Positions 1-14,514 of a DNA stretch of 64,000 bases are shown here, one piece after another; positions within the stretch are counted from its first letter, which is position 1; each line of letters opens with the position of its first letter. The DNA comes from Octopus vulgaris. Its lineage: Eukaryota. The notes beneath the pieces are model-generated. The model was given only the letters and a program-made list of their open reading frames with translations, made no database searches and was not told where the DNA came from. Position numbers and translations under genes: made by a program. The stretch spans positions 39,680,001 through 39,744,000 of the forward strand of contig OX597835.1 in the NCBI GenBank assembly GCA_951406725.2. The letters are read 5' to 3'.

Positions 1-69
1 CTTGTGAATGGATTTGGTAGACGGAAACTGAAAGAAGCCCGTCATATATATGTATATATATACGACGTA

Positions 70-112
<43 letters not shown>

Positions 113-418
113 CATAAGGGACTAAAGCCATCTGAATATGGCTAGGGACAGGGCAGGGTGGTGTCCCTTATGTTATCGAGCAGTTACTGTCTATATCCCT
201 TTTAGAGAATTATTATTGCTATATATATATATATATATATATAAATATACATATATAAATATGTGTGTGTGTTTGTCTCCCCAACATCGCTTGGCAACCT
301 ATGCTGGTGTGTTTACGTCCCCGTAACTCAGCAGTTCGGCAACAGAGACCGATAGATTAAGTACTAGCGTTACAAAGAATAAGAAATGGGGTCGATTTGC
401 TCGACTAAAGGCGGTGCT
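1..418 (+). mobile_element. SINE family A, 5' end outside window, with internal (TA)n tract
   Basis: Matches the recurring family-A body ggatttggtagacggaaactgaaagaagcc...gtttacgtccccgtaac...ggggtcgatttgctcgactaaaggcggtgct. Confidence 0.85.
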
Positions 419-630
419 TTGAGAACCAGACAAAAATTGCTGCAGCTCATTCTTGCCATGAAACCACCTCAGTTCTGGGAAGAGGGTATTTTCAAGTTAA
501 AGGGAAGATAGAGACGCATTGTGCAACAAAATGGTTCATATTTGGTTGATTAAAAAAATGCAATGGCAAGTATTTATTGACCTTCTTCTTTCCTTTAAAA
601 ATCGGCACGAACTTTCCGGACAACCCAATA
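419..630 (+). mobile_element. Tc1/mariner remnant: transposase C-terminus plus right TIR
   Basis: Reads ILAMKPPQFWEEGIFKLKGR*RRIVQQNGSYLVD* (mariner F..GI..L..RW......G.Y motif, W changed to stop), then mariner-type TIR aaatcggcacgaactttccggacaacccaata ending at TA. Confidence 0.8.
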
Positions 631-1245
631 TATACAAGTAATTCTCAACTGGAGCCCATATCAGACTTTCGATGGTCCATGCATGCAGAATAGTAAACTG
701 GGCATCTTACAGGTCTAATGAAATAAATTTTGCTTTCGATGTACTTATCGCAAGAAACTGCCAGGCTTCTCCCGCTAACCTTTTACATACTTCAACCTAT
801 ACAATTATTGTATGAAAAACAAAATGGGAATTTTGAAAGGAGTATCTATAAAACTAAATTTTAGACCAGGAAAAGCTCCGAGGAGTTCACCAGAATAAGA
901 TACTAATCAAAGGAGACCCATAAGGGGGGAAAATGCTTGAGAAAAACTGATGTATACGGAAGTACAGGATCCATTGTTTAAAGGTGTATATGTGTGTGTG
1001 TGGAGAACGAGACAGACAGACAGAGACAAAGAGATACAGAGATAGAGAGAAGGAGAGAAAGCGAGTTGTTGAGTTGGATAATAAATATTTTTATTTATTA
1101 TTATTTTTTTTTATTTTTGGCTATATAGGTCTGCTTAATCCATATTAAATCTCAAAAATCATCAGGTATACCAAACTCGGGTCAGTAAACCTTGTATATA
1201 AGAGGATCACTGGAACAACAACTTCTGAACCAAAGAAAATCGAGT

Positions 1246-1618
1246 TCTTTTACTCTTTTACTTGTTTCAGTCATTTGACTGTGGGCATGCTGGAGCACCG
1301 CCTTTAGTCGAGCAAATCGACTCCGGGACTTATTCTTTGTAAGCCTAGTACTTATTCTATCCGTCGCTGTTGCCGGACCGCTAGGTTACGGCGACGTAAA
1401 CACACCGGCATCGGTAGTCAAATGATGTTGGGGGACAAACACAGACACACAAACACACACACTTCTTTCAGTTTCCGTCTACCAAATCCACTCAGAATGC
1501 TTTGGTCTGCCCGAGGCTATAGTAGAAGACACTTGCCCAAGGTGCCATGCAGTGGGACTGAACCCAGAACCATGTGGTTGGTAAACAAGCTACTTACCAC
1601 ACAGCCACTCTTACGCCT
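1246..1618 (-). mobile_element. SINE family A, full length, lacking internal (TA)n
   Basis: Minus strand: A-box tggctgtgtgg, B-box ggttcagtccc, CORE-like ccttgggcaagt, tail (gtaaaaga)n. Confidence 0.88.
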
Positions 1619-2600
1619 AGTTGTATATTATTTTAACAAGAAACATTATTTAAATTGACGACACACATCACGCAGATATAAGTAACGATGACAGTATATA
1701 TGCATACACAGTAGGGACATACAAAAAAAAACTGCAACAATTAAAACAAATACAGCTATAGAAATTCATACGAGAAAAATTTAAAAACAAAAAGATTTAT
1801 ACCGTAGTTCAAGTTTTTACGGTATGGTCGTATCAATACACTCTCTTTAAGATAGCGTGTTAGCACTAGCACACATTTAAAATACATCATCCGGGTCTAC
1901 AATTGAAACTGCTAATTAATGAAGTCTCCACATGTTAAGCAAACACGAACACCCACACAACAAAAAGATGCACACACACACACATACATATGTATGTATG
2001 TGTATATGTGTGTGAATGTGTACTCTCGTATTTGTGTGTGTGTATGTGTGTGTGTGATGACGCCATGTCATCAACTCTTAAAGCTCAACGTGACTTTAGG
2101 GGTCATCTTAGATAGCGCCACCACCCTTTAATTGCCGGCTCCCTCTCCTAATTGAATAATAAAGTTAAACTTCTCACTTGGTCTTTTACACTCCTTTGCT
2201 CCCTTCTCCCCCAACGCTCGCCTGTCTTACCCCTCAAACACACACACATATATATACACACACTTATACACACACTTATACTCGTAGGCACGCACACGCA
2301 AACTCCCACATTGTTCCACCACTCCGAGAGATGAAAAAGATCCTCCCTTCCGAAAACGGCGACACCACCACCACTACTACCACCACCACCATCACCACCG
2401 CAAATACTACTACTACTGCTACTACGGCTGCTGCTGCTGTTGTGTCTAGGCAAACAATTATTGTAGCCAGAATTGTTTCCTCCCCTCTTTTAAAGGAATA
2501 AAGGAGATGCCAACCCGCCCCATTCTTCCGTAAAATATGACTCTCCATCGCTCTACATCCCCAACTCTAACCACATCACTGTTTATCTCTCGGACGCGCC

Positions 2601-2637
<37 letters not shown>

Positions 2638-2644
2638 TCTATAA

Positions 2645-3374
2645 TTTACTCTTTTACTTGTTTCAGTCATTTGACTGCGGCCATGCTGGAGCACCACCTT
2701 TTAGTCGAGCAAATCGACCAGGACGTATTCTTTGTAAGCCCAGTACTTATCCTATCGGTCTCTTTTGCCGAACCGCTAAGTAACGGGGACATAAACACAC
2801 CAGCATCGGTTGTCAAGCAATGCTAGGGGGGCAAACACAGACACACAAACAAACACACGCATATATATATATATATTTATATATATATATACATATATAC
2901 GACAGGCTTCTTTCAGTTTCCGTCCACCAAATCCACTCAGAAGGCTTTGGTCGGCCCGAGGCTATAGTAGAAGACACTTGCCCAAGGTGCCACGCAGTGG
3001 GACTGAACCCAGAAGCATGTGGTTGGTAAACAAGCTACTTACCACACAGCCACTCCTGCGCCAAGCCTACTACTTATTTTATCGGTCTCTTTTGCCGAAG
3101 CGCTAAGTTACGGCGACGTAAACACACCAGCATCGGTTGTCAAGTGATGGTGGGGTGGACAATACAGACACACAAACACTTACACACACATGTATATATA
3201 TATATATACAAATAGACGACGGGCTTCCTTCAGTTTCCGTCAACCAAATCCACTCACAAGGCTTTGGTCGGCCCGAGGCTATAGTAGTAGAAGACACTTG
3301 CCCAAGGTGCCACGCCGTGGGAATGAACGCAGAACCATGCGGTTGGCAAGCAAGCTACCTACCACACAGCCACT
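2645..3374 (-). mobile_element. Two tandem SINE family A copies (2645-3062 full; 3066-3374 lacking 3' tail)
   Basis: Same head, core and tail motifs as 1246-1618, with internal (TA)n. Confidence 0.85.
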
Positions 3375-3954
3375 TAGGAAAATTTTTCTAAGTTTAGTCA
3401 TTATTCATTTAATCAGTGATTCTGAGTGTTTGTGTTTACGGTTTTTTCACAGCGTCTGAAAAACGGAAGCATGAAACACAAAAATAACGACGGGGTTTCC
3501 TCCGATTAAAAAATTAAAAAATTGGAAAAAAACCGCGTCGTGTGGGAAGGAGGAGGAGTTCTTTAATATGATCTAAGACGTGACAAAGAATATACTACAA
3601 AAAAAGCTAAAACCCATACACATGCATGCAGTATTATCAAAAGCACACATAGATACGCAGCGACAGTCAGACCTAATAAATATCGCTCACAGACTACAAA
3701 CCGCGTCCATAAAATCCCTATCTCTTAACTTCTTTGGTGAGAAGAGCAGCGTCCCCTAATAAACGGTTAAAATCACCATCCCTGAATTGTGAGGTGATGT
3801 AAGTGATGGGGAAGGGGAAGGTAGGGAGGGGGGGTAGTCGTTGATGGGTGAAGTTAAAAGTGTAAAGGATAAGGAAGGAAAGAAGTGAAGAGAAAGAAGG
3901 AATGAAGAACAGAAGTTTATTCTCCTGGTTTTAAAGAAATAAAACCCGATGTCA

Positions 3955-4500
3955 CTGTTTCTTACTGGTACTCCGTCGGTTGCGACGATCAGGGTTCCAT
4001 CCAGTTGGTCCGATCAACGGAACGGCCTGCTCGTGAAATTAACGTGCAAGCGGCGGGAGCACTCCACGAACACTTGTCCACTTAGCGTCGTTCTCGGAGA
4101 AATTCAGCGTGACACAGAGGGGACAAACAAGGACAGAGAAACGGTCTAAGTCGATTATATTGACTCCAGTGCGCAACTGGTACTTATTTAATCGACCCCG
4201 AAAGGATGAAAGGCAAAGTCGACCTCGGCGGAATTTGAACTCAGAACGTAGCGGCAGACGAAATACCTATTTCTTTACTACCCACAAGGGGCTAAACACA
4301 GAGAGGACAAACAAGTACAGACAAACGGATTAAGTCGATTATACCGACCCTAGTGCGTAACTGGTACTTATTTAATCGACCGCGAAAGGATGAAAGGCAA
4401 AGTCGACCTCGGCGAAATTTGAACTCAGGACGTAGCGGCAGACGAAATACCTCTAAGCATTTCGTCCGGCGTGCAAACGATTCTGCCACCTCACCGCCTT
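3955..4500 (-). mobile_element. Composite SINE: B1 + headless B1 + family C tail
   Basis: B head at 4500, junction gaaata|ggtatttcg at 4268/4267; second unit switches near 4110-4125 to the family C 3' sequence seen at 5215-5375. Confidence 0.8.
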
Positions 4501-4988
4501 TCTCTCTGGTATTTGTATAGAAAAATTACTTCATCGATAAATAACTCCTCATCGTAGATCAAATTTGTAAATAAATCGTTGTGTGATTTCGACAAGTGAC
4601 TGGACGCCATACTGTTGTTCTCATTATCGATTTCATTAACCGATGTTTGACCCGATAAACGTTTTATTTAATCCACAATCACCCTCATTGTTACTAAGTT
4701 ATTAAAAAAAAAACAAAATGTGTGAAAACATTTGTTTGGACATACGAAATCTGGCTAAGCTTGGCTAATTGAAGAATATCAAAGGAAATTGCAAAACCAC
4801 TTAGAGGGGATCGAAAAACACGAACCATGCTAATAGACACTCAATAAACGATACCAATCAATAAAATCACGTGGATTGGGTTGAACACAAAGATTACGGG
4901 CATAAAACTAAGTATAGTGTATATGTACACAAAAAACTTATTATAAAGGGAAACAAAAACCTTTTATTCATGTTTTATTATATAATCC

Positions 4989-5379
4989 GTGGAGGCGCAA
5001 TGGCCCAGTGGTTAGGGCAGCGGACTCGCGGTCATAGGATCGCGGTTTCGATTCCCAGACCGGGCGTTGTGAGTGTTTATTGAGCGAAAACACCTAAAGC
5101 TCCACGAGGCTCCGGCAGGGGATGGTGGTGATCCCTGCTGTACTCTTTCACCACAACTTTCTCTCACTCTTACTTCCTGTTTCTGTTGTACCTGTATTTC
5201 AAAGGGCCGGCCTTGTCACTCTCTGTGTCACGCTGAATATCCCCGAGAACTACGTTAAGGGTACACGTGTCTGTGGAGTGCTCAGCCACTTACACGTTAA
5301 TTTCACGAGCAGGCTGTTCCGTTGATTCGGATCAACCGGAACCCTCATCGTCGTAACCGACGGAGTGCTAGAAGAGAAG
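4989..5379 (+). mobile_element. SINE family C (tRNA-Arg-like head), full length with 12-bp TSD
   Basis: A-box tggcccagtgg, B-box gtttcgattcc; TSD attatataatcc at 4977-4988 and 5380-5391. Confidence 0.9.
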
Positions 5380-5404
5380 ATTATATAATCCCTATACAGA
5401 TAAC

Positions 5405-5494
5405 ATATAACCGGAATGCCTTATATAACCGGAATGCCTTATATAACCGGAATGCCTTATATAACCGGAATGCCTTATATAACCGGAATGCCTT
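5405..5494. repeat. Perfect 18-bp tandem repeat x5 (atataaccggaatgcctt)
   Basis: Five identical contiguous units read directly. Confidence 0.95.
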
Positions 5495-5868
5495 ACCGCA
5501 GGTATTATAGCGAAATCGTGTCATTTATCACCTCTTATGAACATTCGATTAATTGAAGCACTTCAATAAATTACATAAGAATTCCAATCACCAAGACCAT
5601 GCAATTAAGCGGCATCCTTCCCAGGTAATGCAATTAGGCGATATCCTTTCGAGGATACCGCTTATCGTTTCTGGGTGTGCCTTATGCTGTGTGAATGAAA
5701 GAGTTTGTGTGTGTGTGTGTGTGTGTGTATGTGCGTGTGAGAGAGAGAAAGAGTATTCTAGGCAAACATGTAGCAGTTCCCACCCTACCCCCATTACATG
5801 CCATATCCATGGTTCCATGTTGTGGCCATTGTTATTTGTTTTGTATGTTTTTTTTTTGTTTTTTTTTT

Positions 5869-6030
5869 ACCCTTTAACATTCAGATTTCTCTATTGAAAG
5901 TAATGCTTGTTTATTCACATTGTTTTTCAATTAAACATGCGTTAATTCATGGCTTCGAGATATCAATGATGTGACTGTTTATCTTTAGAATGACATTGTA
6001 GGGTAAGTGTGAAAGGCCGTCTCCGTTCAT
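5869..6030. mobile_element. Fragment of putative piggyBac-like MITE (family H)
   Basis: Begins ccctttaacatt; reverse-complement homology to 36640-36775. Confidence 0.5.
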
Positions 6031-6249
6031 GTAGAATATCTAGAGAATTTACATGCATCAATTAGATCACAAAAAAAAAATAACATTACAAGTATTCAGG
6101 TTTATGTGAAGTGGGTGACATCCAGCATCCACAAATGCGCACCCCCCCAAAAAAAAAAATCCCAGAAAGACTGCCATCATAGAGTTAGAACCATCCTACA
6201 GAGATTACTGAATGCAATCAATGTCTTAGCTATATCTTACTATTTGTAA

Positions 6250-6600
6250 ATCTCACAACGAGAGATATTCGGCAACAGTAATTTGGAGTAAAGCTTATTT
6301 GCCAACATAACATTGACACATGTCAATCCCTACAGAGTATAATACTTCTGTAAAAACATCCGAAATGTTGAGTACATTCAAGGACCAATGAAATAGAGGT
6401 CTCAAAAATGGGCACTTAAGAATAATAAATGTACCTATCATCGGAGATTTGACGTTAGTACTAAATGGTGTTCTTAAATATCCCGGCCAAAATTTAGGAA
6501 ACCCCAAAGTATCAGAACTATTAAAAACAAAAAAGACATTGTCCTCATCAGAACCGCCCACATCCTAGGAAAAACATTGCCGACTTGAAAAATCCCTGAT
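6250..6600 (+). mobile_element. Highly decayed R4/Dong-like LINE restriction-like endonuclease fragment
   Basis: Frameshifted MSIPTEYNTSVKTSEMLSTFKD...VPIIG...TAHILGK pattern typical of the RLE C-terminus. Confidence 0.55.
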
Positions 6601-6644
6601 TTTTTAAATAAATTCTTTCCAAAACTGAAATATCGCCACCTTAA

Positions 6645-7068
<424 letters not shown>

Positions 7069-7070
7069 GA

Positions 7071-7480
7071 TTTTAGAATAGGAAGCCAGGCATAGTCTTA
7101 ATTGAGAAAGAAAGCAAACTATGCTGGATCATAGATATAGGATGCCCAGCTGACAACAAGGTATGCGATAAGGAAGAAAGAAAAGTCGAGAGATATGACA
7201 GGTTAGCTTGGGAGGTTTAAGCAGTTGTGGTCGATGAAAAAGGTGGTAGTAGTACCAATAATTGTCGGAGCCCTGAGTACGGTGCGTAAAAATCTCGAGA
7301 AGTACATGGAACAAATAGGGGCTGCAATAAGGGTGGAACACTTGCAAAAAAAACAGCACTGCTTGGAACAGCGCGAATACTCCGGAAGGTACTCGAAAAA
7401 TAAGAGGTGTTAACTTAGTTCACTGGTAGTGAACAGCTGACACCGTAGTACATCTCCAACGTTAGAGACTGTGCAAAAGC
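7071..7480 (+). mobile_element. 5'-truncated R4/Dong-clade LINE (RLE domain + 3' UTR)
   Basis: NRKPGIVLIEKESKLCWIIDIGCPADNKVCDKEERKVERY then frameshift to LWSMKKVVVVPIIVGAL (PD-D-K nuclease pattern, PD changed to PG); followed by (AAT)n. Confidence 0.85.
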
Positions 7481-7502
7481 AATAATAATAATAATAATGA
7501 AT

Positions 7503-7818
7503 GCCCTGATGCAGTACCAGACTCTGGCTCTCATGGCTTCTGATCTTAACTGATTGGAAGTGTTATCATGTACATATTTTGTCTTGGTATAAAAGATGGG
7601 CTACAGAAAATATTCTGCTCAATACCACAAATTTGCTTATCAGTTGCTTGACCATAACCAGTTGAGCATGTCCCTTAGTGGCTGACATCTTGATATGAGA
7701 TCACCATGTCCCGCATATATGGGTGTGATGCGTGTGGCATATATATCAGACGGGTAGTCACGATGGTTATTCTGGACTTCGTATATTTTAGCTCAGCGTC
7801 ACTTTGATGGCATGCACA

Positions 7819-7875
<57 letters not shown>
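7503..7875 (+). mobile_element. Family D non-coding element (internally deleted) in (AAT)n
   Basis: Homologous to 42607-43103, 47606-48088 and 54614-55916. Confidence 0.8.
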
Positions 7876-7878
<3 letters not shown>

Positions 7879-7885
7879 TAATATA

Positions 7886-8200
7886 TATTTCTTTACTACC
7901 CACAAGGGGCTAAACATAAAGGGGACAAACAAGGACAGACAAAGGGATTAAGTCGATTACATCGACCCCAGTGCGAAAATGGTACTTTATTTATCGACCC
8001 CGTAAGGATGAAAGGCAAATAATCCATTCTATTAAAGGCACAAGACCAGAAATTTGAGGGAGGAGCATAGCCGATGACATCGACTGCAATATTTGACTGG
8101 TATTTTATTTGATCAACCGTGAAAGTATGAATGTCCTTTCCGGGATTTCAACCAATGACGCAACGCATTTTGTCTGACGCTCCACCAATTCTACCACCGC
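7886..8200 (-). mobile_element. SINE B1 3' part plus adjacent decayed B copy
   Basis: tttctttactacccacaaggggctaaac tail and gaccccg.aaggatgaaaggcaaa core. Confidence 0.75.
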
Positions 8201-8549
8201 TGCCCTCTCCTCTCACCACCCCCCGCCACAAAAATGATCGTTTGATCATCGTTCAGTGGTGAGACATACGTTTGAAACAACAAAACCAACAACAACTCTG
8301 ATGAGATATGGGGCGACTTTTCACATGGTCATTAATCGTGCTGAAAACAGCAGCTAAGCCACTAACCAAGAGGAAAACTTCATTATGTAACACACATCAA
8401 TGCGTGTTACATAATGTAATGCCTATAGACCCCTTGGATGCAAACTATCATCCCGCAACACCACCACTACGAACGCCCCTTAAATAAGACAAGATGGTTA
8501 CGACTGGAAAACCTTCATTAATCATAAGTGTGTATGTATGTAATTCATA

Positions 8550-9248
<699 letters not shown>

Positions 9249-9250
<2 letters not shown>

Positions 9251-9601
9251 TGTGGTAAGTAGCTTGCTAACCAACCACATGGTACCGGGTTCAGTCCACT
9301 GCGTGGCATCTTGGGCAACTATAGCCCCGGGCCGACCAATGCCTTGTGAGTATTTGGTAGACAGAAACTGAAAGAAGCCTGTCGTATATATGTATATATA
9401 TATATGCGTGTTTGTTTGTGTGTCTGTGTTTGTCCCCCTAGCATTGCTTGACAACCGATGCTGGTGTGTTTATGTCCCCGTTACTTAGCGGTTCGGCAAA
9501 AGAGACCGATAGAATAAGTACTGGGCTTACAAAGAATAGTTCTGGGGTCGATCGATATCAGCATGGCCGCAGTCAAACGACTGAAACAAGTAAAAGATAA
9601 A

Positions 9602-9604
<3 letters not shown>
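9249..9604 (+). mobile_element. SINE family A
   Basis: Head, core, internal TA/TG tract and gtaaaaga tail. Confidence 0.85.
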
Positions 9605-9641
<37 letters not shown>

Positions 9642-10400
9642 TTCTGCTCGATGCGGAGAGACTGAACGGAGACTAAGCTAAGCCTTTCAGCTCCCAACGC
9701 CCCACACCCTGACCGAAACCTTCCTGAAACACACAAACCTACCCGTCCCCACCCACCCATCCACCCTTAAAAAAAAGGGCATCATTAAGTCATAATACTA
9801 CAGCGCAGTGTGTACAGGGAAGGGGGTGGGGCCCAGCAACATCAACAACAACAACAACAGCCACAACAACGACGACAACAAGCAAAACAAAACGAAACAC
9901 AACACAATAATAACCCCTTCCCCTTAGAGTAAAAAGTAGGGGCGGCAGGCTCTGGGGATATTTATTTCTTTACTTTCTACCCCTATTAACGCCAATGTCA
10001 TTATCTCCAGGCCGTAATTTCACATAAATGCCCCCCGCCACCCGCCCACCCGACACACATCACCCATACACTATCGTCGCCATTCCTCCACCTCATCATC
10101 ACCCCCTCCCCCTTCCATTCTATTCTATATCTGTTTATTTTTGTTTTTTTACTTTCTAGAAGTCAATAGATGCAGTTTGTGTGTGTGTGCGTGTGTGTGT
10201 GTGCGTGTGTGTGTGTGTGTGTAAGCAGACACGTATAAGGTTTTTATTTCATATACACATATGAGATACACGTATATGCACGCATACGCTGGGGATGGCG
10301 GGGGGGGGTAGAAAGAGACAAAATAATTAAGATTTGTAACAGAAACCAGTCTTGTGCGTGTGAGTAGAGAGGTAGTAATGCAGATAAACGCAATTAGGCT

Positions 10401-10456
<56 letters not shown>

Positions 10457-10678
10457 CCATACATGCAAATATACATATTTACACAGAAACACACACATAT
10501 GTATATATATAGATCTATATAGATATGGATATATATGTGTGTGTGTCTGTCTGTCTGTAGCTATATATATATATCATATATATATATAAGTATATAATAT
10601 ATATATAATATATATATATATGTGTGTGTGTGTGTGTATATATATGTAAATATATATATATATGTGTGTGTGTGTATA

Positions 10679-10761
<83 letters not shown>

Positions 10762-11629
10762 GTATATATGTATGTACGTATGGATGTATGAATATATTAC
10801 ATAGAAATGTATATTGTATATATATTTGTCTCGTGTGTGTGCGTTTCCCGCCTTATCTTCATTGTTGGCGGCCATTTTTACAAGAAAAATTTATCACAGT
10901 AGAAGGGAAAGATATAAAGGGAAAAGAAATGAAAGCAGAAAGAAGAAAAAAAAAGGAAAGGATAAGGTTGTGCAGGAGGGTGGTTGGAAGGTAGTATAAG
11001 TAACATGACCCCCATCGTATTTCCCTGTGTGTCTCCGGACCGATTAAGCTGTCATTACACCGTCTTACGACGGTGACCCCTCTATCATTATCTCCCTGTT
11101 TAAAATAGTGTACGAAGCTGTGGAGGAAGGAGGTGGCTCTTTACTTTCTTAGTTACTAACGTACTGAAGGGGATTGCTGTGGTGGAGGGGAGAGAAACAG
11201 AAAGTTGGGTTGGTGCGGCCTGGTGGAGGGCTGGGTGAGCATTAATGTCGCTACACCCGTCACCAATCTCTATTCAATGAGGCGACAACGAAGTCCAATG
11301 CTAAAATATTCTGCGCACCTCCACACACACTTGAAGTCAATGGTCGTCGTCGTTGTTGGTGGTGTTGTTAAGCTAGCGAGGTAACTTCTACCTAGTAGAT
11401 CGAGCGACCCGCCTGCTAGAAATAGCAGCCACACCTTATCTTTTATCTTTTACTTGTTTCAGTTAGTGGAGTGGGGTCATGCTGGGGCACCGCTTTAAAG
11501 AGTTTTAGTTGAACAAATCGACCGCAGTATTTATTTTAAATCTGCCGAACAGCGAAGTTACGGGGATATAATAAAAACCATGCCGAATGTCAAGCAGTGA
11601 CGCATTGGTCGGCCCGGTGCTATAATATA

Positions 11630-11925
11630 TTTATTTATTACCCACAAGGGGCTAAACACAGAGGGGACAAACAAGGACAGACAAACAGATTAGGTCTATT
11701 ACATTGACCCCAGTGCGTAACTGGTACTTAATTTATCGACCCCGAAAGGATGAAAGGCAAAGTCGACCTCGGCAGAATTTGAACCCAGAACGTGACGGCG
11801 TGCGTAACTGGTACTTAATTTATCGACCCCGAAAGGATGAAAGGCAAAGTCGACCTCGGCGGAATTTGAACCCAGAACGTGACGGCAGACGAAAAACAGC
11901 TACGCATTTCGCCCGGCGTGCTAAG
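11630..11925 (-). mobile_element. SINE B1 with ~85-bp internal tandem duplication
   Basis: gtgcgtaactggtac...ccagaacgtgacggc occurs twice (about 11714-11799 and 11800-11886). Confidence 0.85.
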
Positions 11926-12138
11926 ATATGTCAATGGTGTCACGCAGTGGTGCTGAACCCGAAACCATCTGGTCTGGCAGACTTCTGGCCATACTGCCAA
12001 AATATAGTTTATAATATTGAACAGCGTAACACAAAATACCTCATGTATGTATAATGTAGATAAAACTCTACAGTTACAGATAATTCGGGAAACCGACCCT
12101 AGGAGCCTATGACCCAGGAAAGACCCTTGGTCGCCTTT

Positions 12139-12171
<33 letters not shown>

Positions 12172-12631
12172 GTATATGTATGTATCTAGGTGCATGCTTT
12201 CATGTGTATTTGTCCCACTTGACAACCGGTATTCGTTTGTTTGTGACCCGACGACTTAGTTGTTCATCAAAAAGAGGCACAATAGAATAAGTACCAGGTT
12301 CTTTTTTAAAAAAATGAGTACTGGGGTCGATTGTTCGAGTAAATCCTTCCAGGTAATGTCCTAGTGTGGTTGAACTCCAATGACTTGAAACCAGTAAAAC
12401 ATAAAAGCTATTTCTCTCTTTTCTCTTTCTCTTTTACTTGTTTCAGTCAAGCAAATCGACCCCGGGACTTATTCTTTGTAAGCCCAGTACTTATCCTATC
12501 GGCCTGTTTTGCCGAACCGCTAAGTGACGGGGACGTAAACACACCAACATCGGTTGTCAAGCGATAGTGAGGGGAACAAACACAGACACACGCACATAAA
12601 TGTATACATACATACATATATACATATATAC

Positions 12632-12689
<58 letters not shown>

Positions 12690-12693
<4 letters not shown>

Positions 12694-12925
12694 CCTTTTA
12701 AAGTCTAGCCAGGCTCATGGGCCCGGTTTCCCGGTTTCTATGGCGTATGTGTTCCCCAGCTGGACGGGACGCCAGTCCATCGCAGCGTTACTCATTTTTG
12801 CCAGCTGAGTGGACTGGAGCAACGTGAAATGAAGTGTTTTGCTCAAGAACACAACGCGTCGCCCGGTCCAGGAATCGAAACCACAATCTTACGATCATGA
12901 TGCCGACACCCTAACCACTAAGCGC
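12690..12925 (-). mobile_element. SINE family E (tRNA head, CORE-like and V-domain-like modules)
   Basis: Minus strand: ttagtggttaggg...gtttcgattcc, tgtgttcttgagcaaaacactt, ctgcgatggactggcgtcccgtccag; related copies at 48816-48976 and 61630-62062. Confidence 0.8.
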
Positions 12926-13059
12926 AAATATATGATATATGATGTATGATGTATAAAAACATGTAATATACAAATAAATATCTGTAAATATAAAACCATC
13001 CGAATTTCTGAGTACCTCACTTCTTCTAATATAAAATACCTGTACATCATCTCCAAACC

Positions 13060-13127
<68 letters not shown>

Positions 13128-13241
13128 ATATTTCGGAATGGTCATATTGCCAGTTTAGCCAATAAAAACACACGCACTATATATTTGGTGTTATTTTGCT
13201 TCAGTGATATTTATTTTTTACATTAATCTTAATCTTATTTC

Positions 13242-13286
13242 GGCCAAAGTTCTTTCGTCACACTCCTGTGACCGCATCAGTGGTCC
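13242..13286 (-). ncRNA. Degenerate minimal hammerhead-like motif in (TA)n-embedded element 13121-13392
   Basis: Minus strand GGACCA-CUGAUGC-G-GUCACA(GGAG)UGUGAC-GAAA-GAAC-UU-UGGCC; perfect 6-bp stem II, A9 changed to C. Confidence 0.5.
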
Positions 13287-13954
13287 TTTGTTTTCTTCTC
13301 ACTTATTTGTGTCTCTCCTTACTAACCGTCAGCCATTTTGTGTTTCAACACACGACTTCACATAAAAAATCTTGCACAACAAATATTTAAACATATATAT
13401 ATATATATATATATATACACTCACACACATACATACACCCACAGTTTGAGGATGCAATTTCCCCATAAGGGATTGCTAATAACAATCCAGATGGCAACTG
13501 GCTTTATCAAATATATTGAAAGAAAGTTCCTCAATACATGTGCATAAAGAGGTTTCATAAATTATAAAGTTACTGAAAGAAAATGGCGAAGGAAAAACAT
13601 AATAGATGCTTGGTTCATTTTATTTGTATAAGAATAAGTATAATAGGAACCGGATCAAGAAACCAACCAAAAGATATCTGAAAAAATCCCTACACAGGCT
13701 CCAGTCCGACAATATGTTTGAATCATCAACATTCTAACTGTTATAGATGTAATAAACCATATATTGCCGTGTATCTTCAGAGAAAAGTAAGTATATTTTC
13801 CGATCTTGAATTACGAAATATCTTATTTGAGGACTATGTTTAGAAAATTGCAAATATAAACAACTTATTAATATATATGCCGGGTAACCGGCCCTTATGA
13901 GTCGGTATGACTGGGGAAGGTAACTCTATCTTTTCCTTTTGTAGTTATTTAGTT

Positions 13955-14288
13955 ACGTATCAAAATCTCTCGTGGAAGCGTCATCCAACCAAAATGCAAA
14001 TATATGGGAAACTACCACCTGTGTCATCTCTTGTGAAAGGTAGGAGAGTCCAGTTTGCTGGACATTGTTGTAGAGCTGACCACGAGAGAATTTCTACTCT
14101 TCTCCACTGGAAGCCATCTGCTCGCGATACCAGAGGGCGCACATTCTCCTACCCTGATGTAATCTCCAGGGATACAGGCATCCAGCAACAGGACCTCCGT
14201 AATGCTATGATGGACCGTGAAGTCTGGCGTAGCATGGTAAATTCCATTGTTTCGACCACGATCGAACAATGATGATGATGATGATGAT
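13955..14288 (+). mobile_element. 5'-truncated RTE-clade LINE, open ORF C-terminus and (TGA)n tail
   Basis: SWKRHPTKMQIYG...RRVQFAGHCCR...LLHWKP...AMMDREVWRSMV is the RTE C-terminal signature; stop runs into (TGA)n. Confidence 0.88.
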
Positions 14289-14514
14289 CAATACTGACCC
14301 AGGAGGCTTATGATGAAAGGCATTCCCGCCGCAACTATCAAGTCTTTTGAGAAGTATATAACAATACATCACATTATATATTATTTTCTTTATTCTCTAA
14401 GTCGGAACGTAATGGATCTGAATAAGATTTAGCTCCTATTTCTTGCAGACAGTGTGACCATATAAAAACCCTCCCATTGGTTACTAGTCAAATTGGTTAT
14501 ATATCGTGTGAATT

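Noticed and set aside
4989-5070. tRNA-Arg gene
   Set aside because: Stems pair poorly, and it continues into a SINE body bounded by a TSD.
5405-5494. CRISPR or iteron array
   Set aside because: Contiguous tandem units with no spacers.
11704-12054. Recurrent peptides RPRKDERQSRPRRNLN and EDTCPRCHAVGLNPEP as a gene family
   Set aside because: Chance reading frames of SINE B and SINE A antisense strands.
13470-13800. Additional RLE LINE relic
   Set aside because: Only a faint motif resemblance; too decayed to support.
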